Assembly: GCA_051294375.1 (NCBI GenBank)
Contig: CM119264.1
Location: 1,285,923-1,349,922, forward strand
Length of the DNA: 64,000 nucleotides
Reading direction: 5' to 3'
DNA from: Paraspadella gotoi
Lineage: Eukaryota > Animalia > Chaetognatha
Positions 1 through 12,779 of this stretch are shown piece by piece (within the stretch, counting starts at the first letter, position 1; each line of letters starts with the position of its first letter). The notes under the pieces were generated by a model that saw nothing but the letters and a program-made list of their open reading frames with translations, did not search any database and had not been told where the DNA came from. The position numbers and the translations under genes are program-made.

Positions 1-113
1 ATAAAAATCTAAATCCTTCCGGATCTCATTTAAATCTTTAAAATGGTCTTCTAAATCTTTCCCATCACCCTCTAAATCTTTCCAATTACCGCCTAAATCT
101 TTCCAATCGTCAG

Positions 114-234
114 AGACGCTAAACACACCAATTTCGTGGAATTTCGCGACTACAAAATCATTTATCGTCGCTATGCTGGACTTTACTTCTGCATCTGCGT
201 TGACATGGCGGACAACAGTTTGGCATATCTAGAG
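114..234 (+). CDS. AP2S1: AP-2 complex subunit sigma, internal exon
   Basis: cag|A GAC GCT...CTAGAG|gtgagg; encodes (R)[40 protein letters not shown], near-identical to the metazoan AP2 sigma-2 sequence as I recall it. Confidence 0.95.
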
Positions 235-244
235 GTGAGGAAGG

Positions 245-450
245 CAAGAGAGGAGAGAGAGGAGAAGAAAGAGAGGAAGGGAACGGAAGAAAAGAGAGGA
301 GAGAGAGAGGAGAAGAAAGAGAGGAAAGGAACGGAGAAAAAGAGAGAAGAGAGAGAGGAGAAGAAAGAGAGGAAAGGAACGGAGAAAAAGAGAGGAGAGA
401 GAGAGGAGAAGAAAGAGAGGAAAGGAACGGAGGAAAAGAGAGGAGAGAAC
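245..450. repeat. Purine-rich ~42-bp minisatellite in AP2S1 intron
   Basis: Unit like gaggagaagaaagagaggaaaggaacggagaaaaagagagga repeated about 4-5 times; explains the spurious [11 protein letters not shown] read-through ORF. Confidence 0.85.
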
Positions 451-775
451 TCAGGAAAGAAAATAAGAGTGTTAGACAAGAGGCCAAACATTTTAATAAT
501 TATTTATGAAAATTTGTTTCACTATTTTAGGTTTTAGATTTTAAAATATCATTTACAAATATACATTACTTATATTTATTTTATATTTATATATATTTTA
601 ATTTTGGTTTTTGATAATCTAAATTTGAAAACTTTCCACTTTAGCACACTGGCCGTCTAAAGTCTTGTTCTTTTCTCTTACACACTTAACTTTTCTTTTA
701 TTTCTTTTTCAGTCTAAAGCCTCTTTCTTATTTTCTACCCACAACCAATGCTTTTTATCTTTCTTTTACCCACAG

Positions 776-958
776 GCCATCCACAACTTTGTGGAAGTTC
801 TCAACGAATATTTCCACAATGTCTGCGAATTGGATTTAGTTTTCAACTTCTACAAAGTCTACATCGTTGTGGATGAGATGTTCCTCGCTGGAGAAATTAG
901 GGAAACGAGTCAAACTAGAGTTTTGAAACATCTGGTCACCGTGTCAGAGCTGGAGTGA
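776..958 (+). CDS. AP2S1: AP-2 complex subunit sigma, terminal exon
   Basis: cacag|GCC ATC...; AIHNFVEVLNEYFHNVCELDLVFNFYKVYIVVDEMFLAGEIRETSQTRVLKHLVTVSELE*; joins the previous exon in phase 0. Confidence 0.95.
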   Translation, partial: AIHNFVEVLNEYFHNVCELDLVFNFYKVYIVVDEMFLAGEIRETSQTRVLKHLVTVSELE

Positions 959-1328
959 GTGGCTGGAGTGAGTGGATGAGTGGCTGGAGTAAGTGTCGCG
1001 AGGGCTGGAGTGAAACTGTTATGATCACGCCAAAGATGCAGCTACTTTTACCAACACCGAGTGCTTCTTCCCCAAAGACTAATTGTTATTAACGGCTGAC
1101 ATAAAGCATCGTTACATATCCTTTATTGATACTTTGTTTATACATGTTTTCCTGTATTAATATATATTGACAAACATAAGATTCGTTTCTTTCTTCCAAA
1201 ATATATGTTCAAAGAAAATAGTTACTGGACACATTGTATACTTACTATACAATGTATTTGGTGTATATTTAAATAAATATTATTTTCAGACCTACTCCCG
1301 CCCCACCCACACACAAAAAAAAACTCAC

Positions 1329-1491
1329 CGTAGTATTCGTCAACGTTGATCATGTCGGTGACTCCCTCTCTAACGTCTTCGATCGCCAATCCGTTGACGA
1401 TCAACTTCTGAACGGCGCCCTCGAATCCGCGGACGACCAAAGACTCGGCAGCCGTGGAGGCGTAGTCGCGGACGCCGCCGATGTAGAACGG
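1329..1491 (-). CDS. AGRN: Agrin-like exon, C-terminal part of second laminin G domain
   Basis: ccag|CCG TTC TAC...TAC TAC G|gtgag; PFYIGGVRDYASTAAESLVVRGFEGAVQKLIVNGLAIEDVREGVTDMINVDEYY (LamG YIGG and GFxG motifs). Confidence 0.85.
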
Positions 1492-1714
1492 CTGGAGTAA
1501 AAGGGGGGGGTGATGGAAAGATTTAGGGGATTTAAAGTTTTGGGGAAGGATTTGGAGAAGGATTTTGAAAAAAAGGTTGAGGCAGGATTTGGTGAAGAAT
1601 ATAGGGAAGGATTTAAATTTGGGGAAATGTTCAGAGGGATTTTAGAGAAATTAGTGAATTATGGCGCAGACCCTCGGCTTTGTAATTTGGATTATAACAG
1701 AAATAAATTAGTTA

Positions 1715-3620
1715 TGTCATCAAGCCAGGCCTCTCACCTGCCCAAGATTCAACTTGCAAATTTGATATAAAATATAAACAGAAAAAATAATAAATTATTT
1801 ACTGATCATTCGAGCCAGGTCCTCTAAACACCTGCCAAAGATTCAAACTAATCTGGTCAAAAGCCAGAAGCCCTAATTCTCACTTCTGTGCCAACCCAAG
1901 ATTCAACTCACCGTAAATCGCTGCCCAAAGGTTTCAACATCTCACACAATACTGCCCAAGCATCAACATCTGTCATCGAACCATGCGGGCCTTCTCATTA
2001 ACTATCTGCCCAACGATTACAACATCTCTCTGTAACTCGTGCACAAAGGCCTAAACTCATCACATCTAACTGCTCCAAGAACTTTCAACTCCGAATAATT
2101 CGATATGCCAGGCCTCTCACCTGCCTCCAAAAAGAATTCAAATCTGATCAATAATCGAGCCAGGCCTCTCACACTGCCTACCCAAGATCTTCAACTCTTG
2201 TCCATCAAAGCCACGGACCTCTCAACGCTCTGACCCCAAGCAATTCAACTCCCCGTAATCGTGCCAAGGGCGGCGCCTCATCACGCTGCCCAAGATTCCA
2301 ACCTCCGTAATCGTGCCAGCGCCGCTCTTAAACTCACCTCCTGACCCCCCCAAACTAAGGACGAAGAATTCTTCCAAAACTACCGTAAGTCGTTGCGCAA
2401 TAGGTTTCCTCTCACACTGCCACAAAGAAATTACAACATCCGTCATCGTGCCAGGTCCATCTCACCTGCAGCCCAAGAAATTATCAACATCAATGTCAAT
2501 CGAGCCATGGCCTACTCACACTGCCCAAGATTCAACATCCACGTCATCAGAAATCTTTAGCCAGGCCACCTCCTACACCTGCACACCAAAATGATTCAAC
2601 TCCAAGTCCATAAAACGTGCAGCCACAGGCCGCCTCTCAACCTGCCCAAGGATTCAACTCCGTCTAAAATACGTGCCAAGCACATTAAAAATCACTTCAT
2701 GACACCCAGAAGAAAATTTCAAACCTCTGTCATCCAAGCCAGGCCCTGTAATATTTCTCACTCTGTAAACACATCTCTTCCAACATTCGGAACTCTGTCA
2801 AATCGCAGCTCCAGCCTCCTCACCGCAATTGGCCCAGAAAGAATCTCAACGTACTGATCAGAATACTGCCAGCCATGGCCTCTCTCACTGGTTCTGCCCA
2901 AGATTCAACTCCGGTCATTCGCAGCCAAGGCCTCTCACTTTTTCACACATTGCGATCATCCACAATTTTTCATCCCAGATATTTTCTGCCCCAAGATTCA
3001 ATCTCCGTAATCGTGCCAGGGCCTCTCCACCTGCCCAAAGATCAATTCGTGTCATCAGCCAGGCCTCTCACCTGCCCAAGATTCAACTCCTAATCGTGCC
3101 AGGCCTCTCACCTGCCCAAGATTCAACATAATTCAACTGTATTCAAGTGCCAGGCGCCTCTCACCTATCTGCCAAGTATCAACTCTTCTGTAATCAGTCC
3201 AGCGCTCTATACCTGCCCACAAGTATTCGAAACATCTCAGTCATCGAGCCAGGCTCTCACCTGCCCCCAAAGATTCAACTCTCCCTGCTAATCCGAGCCA
3301 GGCCTCCTCCAAACTCTGCTCCAAAGATTTCAACTCCGTGTCATACAGCCAGGCTCTCACCTGCCCAAAAGATTTTTCAAACTCCGCTAATCGNNNNNNN
3401 NNNNNNNNNNNNNNNNNNCCGTAATCGTGCCGGCCTCTCACCTGCCAGATTTCGTATAGCCAGTGCTGCTCACTGCATCAATATCAGCCAGGCCTCTCAC
3501 CTGCCCCTAAGATTCAACTCCGTAGATCGTCCAGGGCTCTTACCTGCCCAAGATCGACATCTGTCATCGAGGCCAGGCCTCTCACCTGCCGATTCAACTC
3601 CGAATCTGCAGGCACTCTCA
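1715..3620. repeat. Tandem array of a 41-bp unit (agrin LamG2 exon end plus splice donor), noisy copies
   Basis: Unit gccaggcctctcacctgcccaagattcaactc(t/c)gt(c/a)atcg(a/t), matching 12621-12661; tens of indel-rich copies. Confidence 0.9.
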
Positions 3621-4147
3621 CCTGCCCCAATGATTCGACTCTGTCGATGAGCAGGCCGCTTCTCCATGCACGGATGTCTTCTCCGGCCATTGTTATTTTC
3701 ATTTCCCCAGACCTCGATTTAGGGCGGGACACTTGAAATTTCGATGGCCCAGGCGCCCATTGATGAACTGTTTGGAATCTGCCTGGAGAAAAAGAAGATA
3801 GTTTGGTTTATATAATTAATCGAAATTTGTAGAAATAACCATGGTACTAATGGCTATAAATACTATATTTTTTTTCTGGGCTGACATCCCACCGTGCATA
3901 ACTATTAGATAAGTGTAGTCTGCAAAAATAATTATTTACAATGGTTCACGTAATATTTAGGCAGAAAAGTTTGGTAAATCAAATTTTTTTGAGTATAAAA
4001 AAAGATTCGGAACTTTAAGTTCATAAAATTTTGAAGCTATAAAATTAGAATGCCCAAGCCACTCTCACTCTCTCACCTGCTCTCCCACTCTCTTCCCCCT
4101 CTGCCCGTCTCTCTCTCTTCTTTCTCTTCCTTCCGTCTTCCTTCTCT

Positions 4148-4178
<31 letters not shown>

Positions 4179-4227
4179 GTCTCTCTGTCTCTCGCTCTTC
4201 TCGTCTCTCTCTCTCTCTCAACCCAAC

Positions 4228-4401
4228 CTTATAATGCGGCGGTTCCGCTGCCCCAAATTGAAGCGAAACTCCAAGAATCCGTCGAGACAGATTCAAAGAG
4301 ATGAAGTCTCCTCTTCCCGCACGCCATCTGCCCCGTTGTGAAACGACAACCGCCGTCGGGGAGAGACGGCTTCGCCCAATCTTCGACCGATAACGCGTGC
4401 C
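4228..4401 (-). CDS. AGRN: Agrin-like LamG2 middle exon (visible only in the noisy copy; N-gap in the other copy)
   Basis: cgcag|GG CAC GCG TTA...ATAAG|gttggg; across frameshifts reads HALSVE.WAKP..PDG...GRGDFISLNL..GFLEFRFNLGSGTA. Confidence 0.75.
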
Positions 4402-4997
4402 CTGCGAAGATGGAGACGAGACTGTGAGATGAGAGAGATGAGGGAGAGAGAGAGAGAGAGATGAGAGAAGAGAGAGATAGGCAAAGGAAGAGGGGCGGGA
4501 GAGAGAGAGAGGAAGAGGAGAGAGAAGAGAGAGAGAGAGAGAGAAGAGAGATAGAGAAAGAGAAGAGAAGAGAGAGGACGAGAGATGAGAGAGAGAGAGA
4601 CAACGACACAAACAGACAACCGTGTGGCCTGGATTTCGGAGAGGGGAGATTGGCAAATAGAAAGAGAGAAAATCTTGACATACAGACATACAGATTAAAA
4701 TAGAGATAGACCAACCTGTCAACGACTATACAGGAGAAAATTCAGAAAGATAGATATGACGGCAGAGAGACCAGACAGACAGAAGGACGGACGCGACGGA
4801 AAGAAGAAGCGCGACGAAGATGAAAAAAAAACCTATGGGGTTCAACGCAAATTTGGTCAACGCAAATTCACACAAAAAGTAGCCGAGACAAACAGCTTCT
4901 TTTCAACGTCGAGAGTCTCTTCTCCCGTCTCCTCTCGTCTCTCTTCTCTCTTCTCTCTCTCTCTCTCTCTCCTCTCTCGTCTCTCATCCCTCGTCCT

Positions 4998-5028
<31 letters not shown>

Positions 5029-5451
5029 ATCTCGTTTCTCCATGAAATTGGAAATTTAATTGGCCCCCTTCTGTCTCATTAGCCATCTCCATTTCCAGCG
5101 ATGATGAACAACAATTAGCTTTCATTGTTTTTTAAAGTTAAAAATCGAAAGAGGATTTTTGTGCCTGCTTATTTCCCAAAACGCCCCATTTTGTCTTAAA
5201 TACTCAGAATAACTTTTTTTAAGTTAAAGATTAAGTTACAGATTAGAGTTTAGGGATTGGTTTGGGATTAGGGTTAAGCGAGTTAAGAATTAGCGGATTT
5301 AGTTAAAGATAAGGATTAGGGTTAGGGTTCAGGGATGAATTGAGGATGAAAAGATTAGGGTTAAGGAGTAGAGATTAATAAGTTTAAATATGTATTTAGT
5401 TTAAATATTAAAATTTAAAATAAATTTTAGGAAAAAAAAACGGAAGAGTGA

Positions 5452-6116
5452 TGTGATAAGGCGCTACGTGGGCCTGAAGATGACTATCGCTAACTTCTAT
5501 AACCCCTCTAACAGCCATGGAACGGCCTGGCTGGAACCAAGGCTGGGTTTGCCATGCCCCCAAGAAGCGGCTTACGGCCGTCCTCACGCTTCCGCAGGGT
5601 AGGTACGGGATTGAACCCGGTATTCTTAGTGGTTCATGAGCTGATGGCTTTTACTCAATGAGCCACCGGTCACACATGAAAGTGTCATGATTCTAGGCGG
5701 GGTGACCTAGGCAATGCCCACTACATGCCCCCCAGATTGTAACCCACTCTGCACTGCTTCCAGTGGAGGGAGGGGGCAATCTTCAGCTAGACAAGGGCTG
5801 GAATCAGAAAGGTTGGAATACGCTCGACAGGATGGGCTCACCAGTTTGGATAAGGCGCTACGTGGGCTGAAGATGATTATCCGTAACTTCTATACCCCTC
5901 TAGCAGCCATGGAACGGATCCTGGGCTTGGAACCAGGCTAGAGGGTTGCCATCCCCAAGGTGGCTTTCGGCGTCTCTCACGCTTCCCGCAGGGAAGTACG
6001 GGTTGGGATGAACCCAGTTCCTAGTGGTCATGAGCGATGGCTTTACTCAATGAGCCACCGGTCACAACTGAAAGTGTCATGATTAGCGGGGTGGAACTAG
6101 CCAATGCACGACTACA
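5452..6116 (-). mobile_element. tRNA-carrying TRIM, noisy duplicate of 14292-14979
   Basis: Same LTR-internal-LTR organisation and same flanks as the 14.3-kb copy, inside the duplicated block. Confidence 0.85.
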
Positions 6117-7435
6117 GGTACTCTCTAAAAAAAAAGAGCCGAATATAATGAAAATCGGCGTCTTTTCCGAGAGCACCCCTTTTTCTTACTCTTCCTTCTC
6201 ACACTTTAGTAAATGGAATGTCAATTGTAAAGTGTCAACAATATGAAAACTATTATCGCTATAAAAATATGACATGACATAAAAACCATCACCAATTACC
6301 AAGTTTAACAAGAACCAAACAAACAACACCAACAACCATTCGCAAAATCTTACTCTCCAGATTCACACAACAACTCACAAAATTTCAAAGACATACCGAC
6401 GCCGCCAATAAACTACGTCGACTCCCCAATTATCTCGTAAGCAAGATGGAGGCCTTAAACCACCAAAGTCGAGAGCAAAATTGCTCATTTATCAAATGAA
6501 CGGGATAATTTTGATATCAGTTTGTACCAAATTTTCATAACCCGAAACCGACGAAACCAGATTCCTTACCCCACGAACCTTAACACCTCACCTATGTTTC
6601 TTTCCATCTGCGGTGCGTTCAATGAAGATAGCCCGTTGAAGGACGGAACGAAGACCGAGGGGCGCGTCTTTCCACCCCCCGCTTTGGAAACAAAGGAAAT
6701 AAAAGGGACAACGTTGAACAAAAGAACATGTGGGATATCGACTTAGTTAAAGGAGCATCAAATATATATATTTATTATTTATTTTATTATTTATTTATTT
6801 ATTATAATTATTTTTTTCTTTATTTATTTATTTATTTTTTTTATTATTCATTTACTTTATCAATTTATCTGTTATTTATTTGTTAATTATCTATTTATTC
6901 TATTTTTTCAATTTATTTAATTTCAGTTAATGTAACCCGACATATCCCTCCATTCCCTACTGTTTGCTCACAAAAGAGAACATAATTTTTGTTGTATTAT
7001 ATCATCTATTAGTATTCAATAAATAAATATAGTATAACCATCCTCTCTCGATCCTGTTCCATCTCCATCTACGTCATGGTCAGGGTCAAAATTTTATGAA
7101 ATATTAATAAATTAATAAATTTATCGATATTTTTTTTTACCAAAAAATTACATCAAAACCTTCGAATTTAACTCTTTATTCCGACCCCCTGTATTCACTG
7201 TCCAGCCCTTTCACCTCCTTCCTTACCTCAGATGCAGCGGTCGACCGGCTTTCCCCGGCGGACATTTGCAGATGAATCCCCCTTGCGGCAAAGACGTGCA
7301 GGTGGCGCCGCCTTTGGCAAGGGAAGGAACTGCAGGGGTTGACTGGCTGAGAACAGCAGGGGGCCGATCTCTGCTCCACCTAGGATATCTGGAGAGGGAA
7401 GAATTCAGTTGAAGAATCAATTGATCAATCAATCG

Positions 7436-7478
<43 letters not shown>

Positions 7479-10326
7479 CATCAATCATCAATCAATCAAT
7501 CAATCAATCAATCAAACAACCAAACCGCCTCACCAAGGAGTCTGGGTAGTTGAGATTGAAGATTCGGTTGTCGATCCTGAAGTGCGGATGCAACGACGAG
7601 TCCCCATCGTCACTCCCGCGTTTTTTGTAGACGCTGATTGGTCAAAAAGGAAAAGACGCTGATTAGTCAAAAATAGAGATGCTAATTAGAGCTATAAAAT
7701 AAAGGTTAATATTAATTTCTTTAAAAAAAGAGCGCCAAAACAAACAAATCTTTGACCTTAATTTCTAACCTAACCTCTAACTGTAATATGAGTCTTTAAC
7801 CCAATCCTTACCCTAATCACAACCAGTCCTCTAACCTAATTTTAACCTAATCTTATTAAAAAAAAAAACAAAAAAAAAACAACAAACCTAATTTCGAGTT
7901 TAAGACCAAGAATTGGGCGTTATCGGAAAAGGGCCAAGAATTCCTATTCCAAACTCACGTTGGACCTCGCGTTGGGAATAAACCCGAGAACAAAATATCG
8001 TTGACTTTGAAATCGTAAAAGATGTCGTCTTCTTTGACACTGGATTCTTCGACGACGGCGTTGGAATCACGTCACCGTGTCGCCCCAAAGATATTGGGGT
8101 CGACCTCGGTTCTGGGTCATGGGGAGAACCTTGGGGTGGGGGCGGGGGGAAATGGTCAGGTAATGCCAATTGCATATTGTCATATTTTCGTGCCACTCCT
8201 CACCCAAATATGAGATTTCCTAAGGGTAACTTCTAAAACTTAACCTTGAAACCCCTTGTCTATTTTGCAGATCACTTTTTCTATGACCTCACCCAAAGTG
8301 AACTCTTTCACAGCTCGTCATCTAAACTGACCTGCAAATCGCTTTCCGTTTGCGGTGAAGTCTCAGCGACGATTCGATAAAAGTCTTTCAATTGAATTTT
8401 GGGTCGAGATGTGAGAATCACAGTTTTGTGAATCCCGCTGAACCGGAATCTTGTGAAAAGAAAGAGAAAGATTGGAAAAACTGAATTAAATTAAAATGAA
8501 ATAATGAATAACAGAACAACAAATAGAGAAAAGACTAAAGTTAAAAACCAAAACAACAATAAACGCAAAAAAAAATTAAATAAAATTCAAAAATAATATA
8601 AAACAAAACAAAAATAATTAAAAAATTAAAACAAAACAAAACAAAACACCAAAACAAAAACCCAAACAAAACGAAACAAAAAAAAATAAAACCAATATAT
8701 AACGAAAAATAATTAAAAAATTAAAAAAACAAAAGAAAAAACTAAGCCAAACATAAAAAAACAAAAACGGGTAATTCAAATGTTGTTGCGACGCTCTCTC
8801 TCCTCTTCTCTCTCCCCTCCCCACCCATTATCTCCCCACACACACACACACACACACATTGTCACCCACAGACCTTGAAATCGACGTGACCCTTCCTGAT
8901 GGAGAGAGAGACGAAGGCCCCGTGACCCAGCGAGATCCCCGTTGTACAGATGATCCCTTCGTTTGTGAGGACTGAAACTCAACTTCGATCGACGCGCTGA
9001 GAATTTAAAAGCAACGATCGAATTCCAAGTAAGATCTCTCGCTGAAGGAAAGGGACTACTATCTTTAATTCTGGGGGGGAGGGAGAAGAGAGGAAGAGGA
9101 GGAGAGAGAGAGGGAGAGGGAGAGAATTATTCAAAAATTCGTACAACACATTAAAAAAAAACTATCTGTTTATTTCTATTCATTTCATTTCCCCTTCTGA
9201 ATTTGATCATGCTATCTGCAATTATTTAACCCACTCTAGCAACCATGGAACGGGTCCGGCTTGGAACCAGATGAGGGTTTTCCACGCCCCCAAAATTTAA
9301 ACGCTCCCAGAGAAATTTGGCCTTTTTATCATTTGTTCAACAGTACATCTCTTCAATGAGTCATCCACAGACAAGACATTCGCAAAATAGACGACGGACA
9401 GACTCCGTCTCAATCAAGCAGCGTCTCCTCTCACCATCGACGCAACCGGGTCCGCCTCTTCCGGCCGGACAGATGCAGCGATACCCGAACATGCTGTCTT
9501 GGATACAGGTGCCGCCGTAGAAACAGGTTGGAAGAGCAAGGGTTGCCGCCGCCGGCCAGTGACGAGTTGGGAGGTCAGATTCGGTTGGGGGGGGGAATCA
9601 CAAACATTAAAATTAATATAAATATAAAGAAATCGCTTTTACCGAACTTTTTCTAATCAATCGATCAATCAAGCTAGCAATCAAACGGGTAACCAATCAA
9701 TGAATTAATCAATAAAATCGACAACTATAAAATCATTGATCAAGAATAATAAACAAAATCAAATCGATCAATCGATCGATAAATCGATTCAATCTATCAG
9801 TCAATCACTCATTTAAGAATTCAAATTTGATTCAATAGCCAAGTAAATACCATAAAACATTCGGCCAATCAAAAAGCAATCGATTAACACTCCGATGGTT
9901 CGTCAATCAATCATTCTCATCTCACTATGCAGTGACGGTATGGCTCTGTTGAATATCAATCAATCAATCAATCAATCAAATATCAATCAATCAACATCAA
10001 TCAATCACATTCAATCAATCAATCAATCGACATAATCAACATCAGATCAATCATCATTTCATCTCACTATGCGGAGTGACGGTGTGGCTCTGTTGAATCT
10101 TGTGGCAGTCGCGGGAATCGACGCGTGACCGTCGATTTTGCTCAGTCCCTTCATCTCGTCGGCTTCGCTTGCGGCGGGATTGTCCGCGTCATTCTGGCGG
10201 GAAGAGGATCGCGAATTCGCGGACACGCCCCCTCGTGGTCGACGGAGATGTCCTTTTTGTTGTCTGGGGTTGATGGGAGGGAGAAGAGAGGAGGAGGAGA
10301 TGGGAGGAGGAGGGAGGGAGAGATAG

Positions 10327-10397
<71 letters not shown>

Positions 10398-11259
10398 AGA
10401 GTGAGAGAGAGAGAATATTATTGTTTCAGAGTCATGATTTTGCAGAAGATTTAGAAAGAATATGTTATAGGTCGTCGCTTAAAGTAAAAGTTCGTCAACT
10501 TGTGAAAGAATAAAAAAGAATAAAAAGAATCTCGCCCAATCTTCCAATCTAGGCCAACCTAATCTCACTTGCCCCATGATGCTCCATCTCCTTCCCATTT
10601 TCTCTCCCTCTCCTGCTCCCGTCCCCTCTTCCCTCCCCTTAATCCTCCTTCCCCCCTTCCTCTCTCCTGCCCCCACCCCACCTCCCCCTCTCCCTCCCTC
10701 CCCTCTCCCTCCCTCTCCTCCCTCACTTCCCTCCTCCCCTCCTCCTCACTTGCAAGCGAATATCCTCAAATGACAATCGAAGGATAGATTTCGATCGGGA
10801 GCCGCAAACCATCGTGCGACGCCAAATCCTCGGCATCTTCGGCGTCTAAGCGACAGATGCCGACGCAGGTGCAACGACCGACTCCGTTGTTGGCTTGAGC
10901 ACCTGGCACCGTGGCGACAGCCCCGAGCTTTTAGGGAGGGGGCAAGAGAATCTATAAAGGGAGAATTGATTTTTAATAAATAGTCTAAATTAAAGTGTTT
11001 TTTTTTTCTTTATGATAACGAGTAGATTTTAGAAATTTATTTAAATTAATTAGAAGAAACATTTGAATTATTTTTAATATGTATATTAAGTTATTAAATA
11101 TTGTGTATGTGATATGTGATATTTTTGGCGTTAAAACCAAAACTAAGAGTTTGGTATCACTAATCGGTGATATTTCAATCGCTCCTTCTTCGCTTAAACG
11201 GAAACACACACACAAAAAAGCCTATCCTCTCTCTCTCTCTCTCTCTCTCTCCTCTCTCT

Positions 11260-11304
<45 letters not shown>

Positions 11305-12634
11305 CTCCTCTCCCTCTCCACCTGCATGCAAGACTTCCTCTCCTTCTTCCTCGCACGCGCCTTCCGTCCAAGTCCGTCCGTTCATGCACGGTGTCGCACT
11401 TAAAGCCCGGTCACTCCCACTTTGCACACGCAGCGTCCGTCCTTTTGATCGCAGTCTCGGCGAACGGATCCGCGTGGATCGCACTCGCAGGCTGTGGGAG
11501 TGAAAAAGGAGGGGCGTGGGTGGAAAGGGAGGTGTGAAAAAAAAAGAAGGGGCGTGGGTGAAGGGATGTGAAAAAAGAAGGAGGGGCGTGGGGTGGAAAG
11601 GGAGGTGTGAAAAAAAGAAGGGGCGTGGGGTGGAAAGGGAGTGTGAAAAAAAAGAATGATGGTTGAGGAGAAAGTGATTCGAGAAATACAATTTAACAAT
11701 CAAATAACAAATTAATCAATCCATTAAAATATGCAATCAATCAGGTTTCAATCCAAAAAAAAATTCAATTTTTCTATCATATATTAATCATTAAAAAAAA
11801 TAAGCATTATAAGTTAACTCATAGATCAAAATAAATTATTAAATGTATGAATAAATCGTTTAAAGGTTTTTAATTATTTCATAATCGATTGTTGATAACC
11901 ATTAATCATTTGATCAATCATCATCAATCAATCAATCAATAATCATGACATTCCCTCCCCTTTTCCTCAACTCACGGTGCACCCGACGAATCCGGGTCCC
12001 GAATGAAGGCAGACCCAGAATCCCGGTTCGCATCGGTCCGCAGCCAAAACCCCAGACTCCGGGTTTGCAGAAAGCATTGGTTAGAAGTAGGGATGAGGTG
12101 TGTGAAGCGCGGATGGGATTGCATTTGCAAGAACCTGCAATGAGGTGGTAGGATGAGAGAACTTTGTTATCTATAATGTCAATATAACAGAAAATTGTTA
12201 TAAAAAAAAAACTACGCTAAGTCTTACCGAAGTAGATGAGACCCTTTTTAACGCAGGCCCTAATTAGAATGCCTATGCAGCAAAGTTGCCATTTAAAAGC
12301 AGAAGTTTACTTGGAGGACTTTGCCAGTAACTGAGTAGCCCTTTACCGCAGCACCTAACTCGAATGTCCCTTGCGCATGGTGACCCTTTCTACCGCAAGT
12401 CCACCATATATTTACTTTGCAAGCAACTCTTTCAAAATACTACCACTGCGAGGCATCCCGTTTGCTAGTAAGGACCCGGTGATGCAGTCGAGGCGCCGTC
12501 GGACAGCAGCCGAACGCGTGGCGGAGCAGGCGGCGCGCCTGAGCGAACGGGCCAAGCGGAAAGACCGTTCCTTGAACAGAAAGATGGGATGAAAATAAAA
12601 TACAACAACAACAACAACATGCCAGGCCTCTCAC

Positions 12635-12779
12635 CTGCCCAAGATTCAACTCTGTCATCGAGCCAGGCGCTTCTCCATGCACGATGTCTTCTCCGCCATT
12701 TATTTTCATTTCCCCAACTCGATTTAGGCGGGACACTTGAATTCGATGCCAGGCGCCCATTTGAACTGGTTTGGAACTC
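12635..12779 (-). CDS. AGRN: Agrin-like LamG2 exon
   Basis: ctcag|G AGT TCC...GGG CAG|gtgag; SSKPVQMGAWHRIQVSRLNRVGEMKINGGEDIVHGEAPGSMTELNLGQ (LamG WH motif). Confidence 0.88.

Larger units (their letters stand above)
3605..12618 (-). other. AGRN: Indel-rich duplicate of 12619-~21530 (agrin exons from the CCPDG exon to LamG2, including the TRIM)
   Basis: Collinear second copy of every exon and intron at about 9-kb offset; exons are frameshifted by scattered 1-2 nt indels. Confidence 0.9.

Noticed and set aside
1715-3620. CRISPR-like array
   Set aside because: Units are contiguous with no unique spacers, the context is eukaryotic with no cas genes, and the unit is an exon/donor copy.
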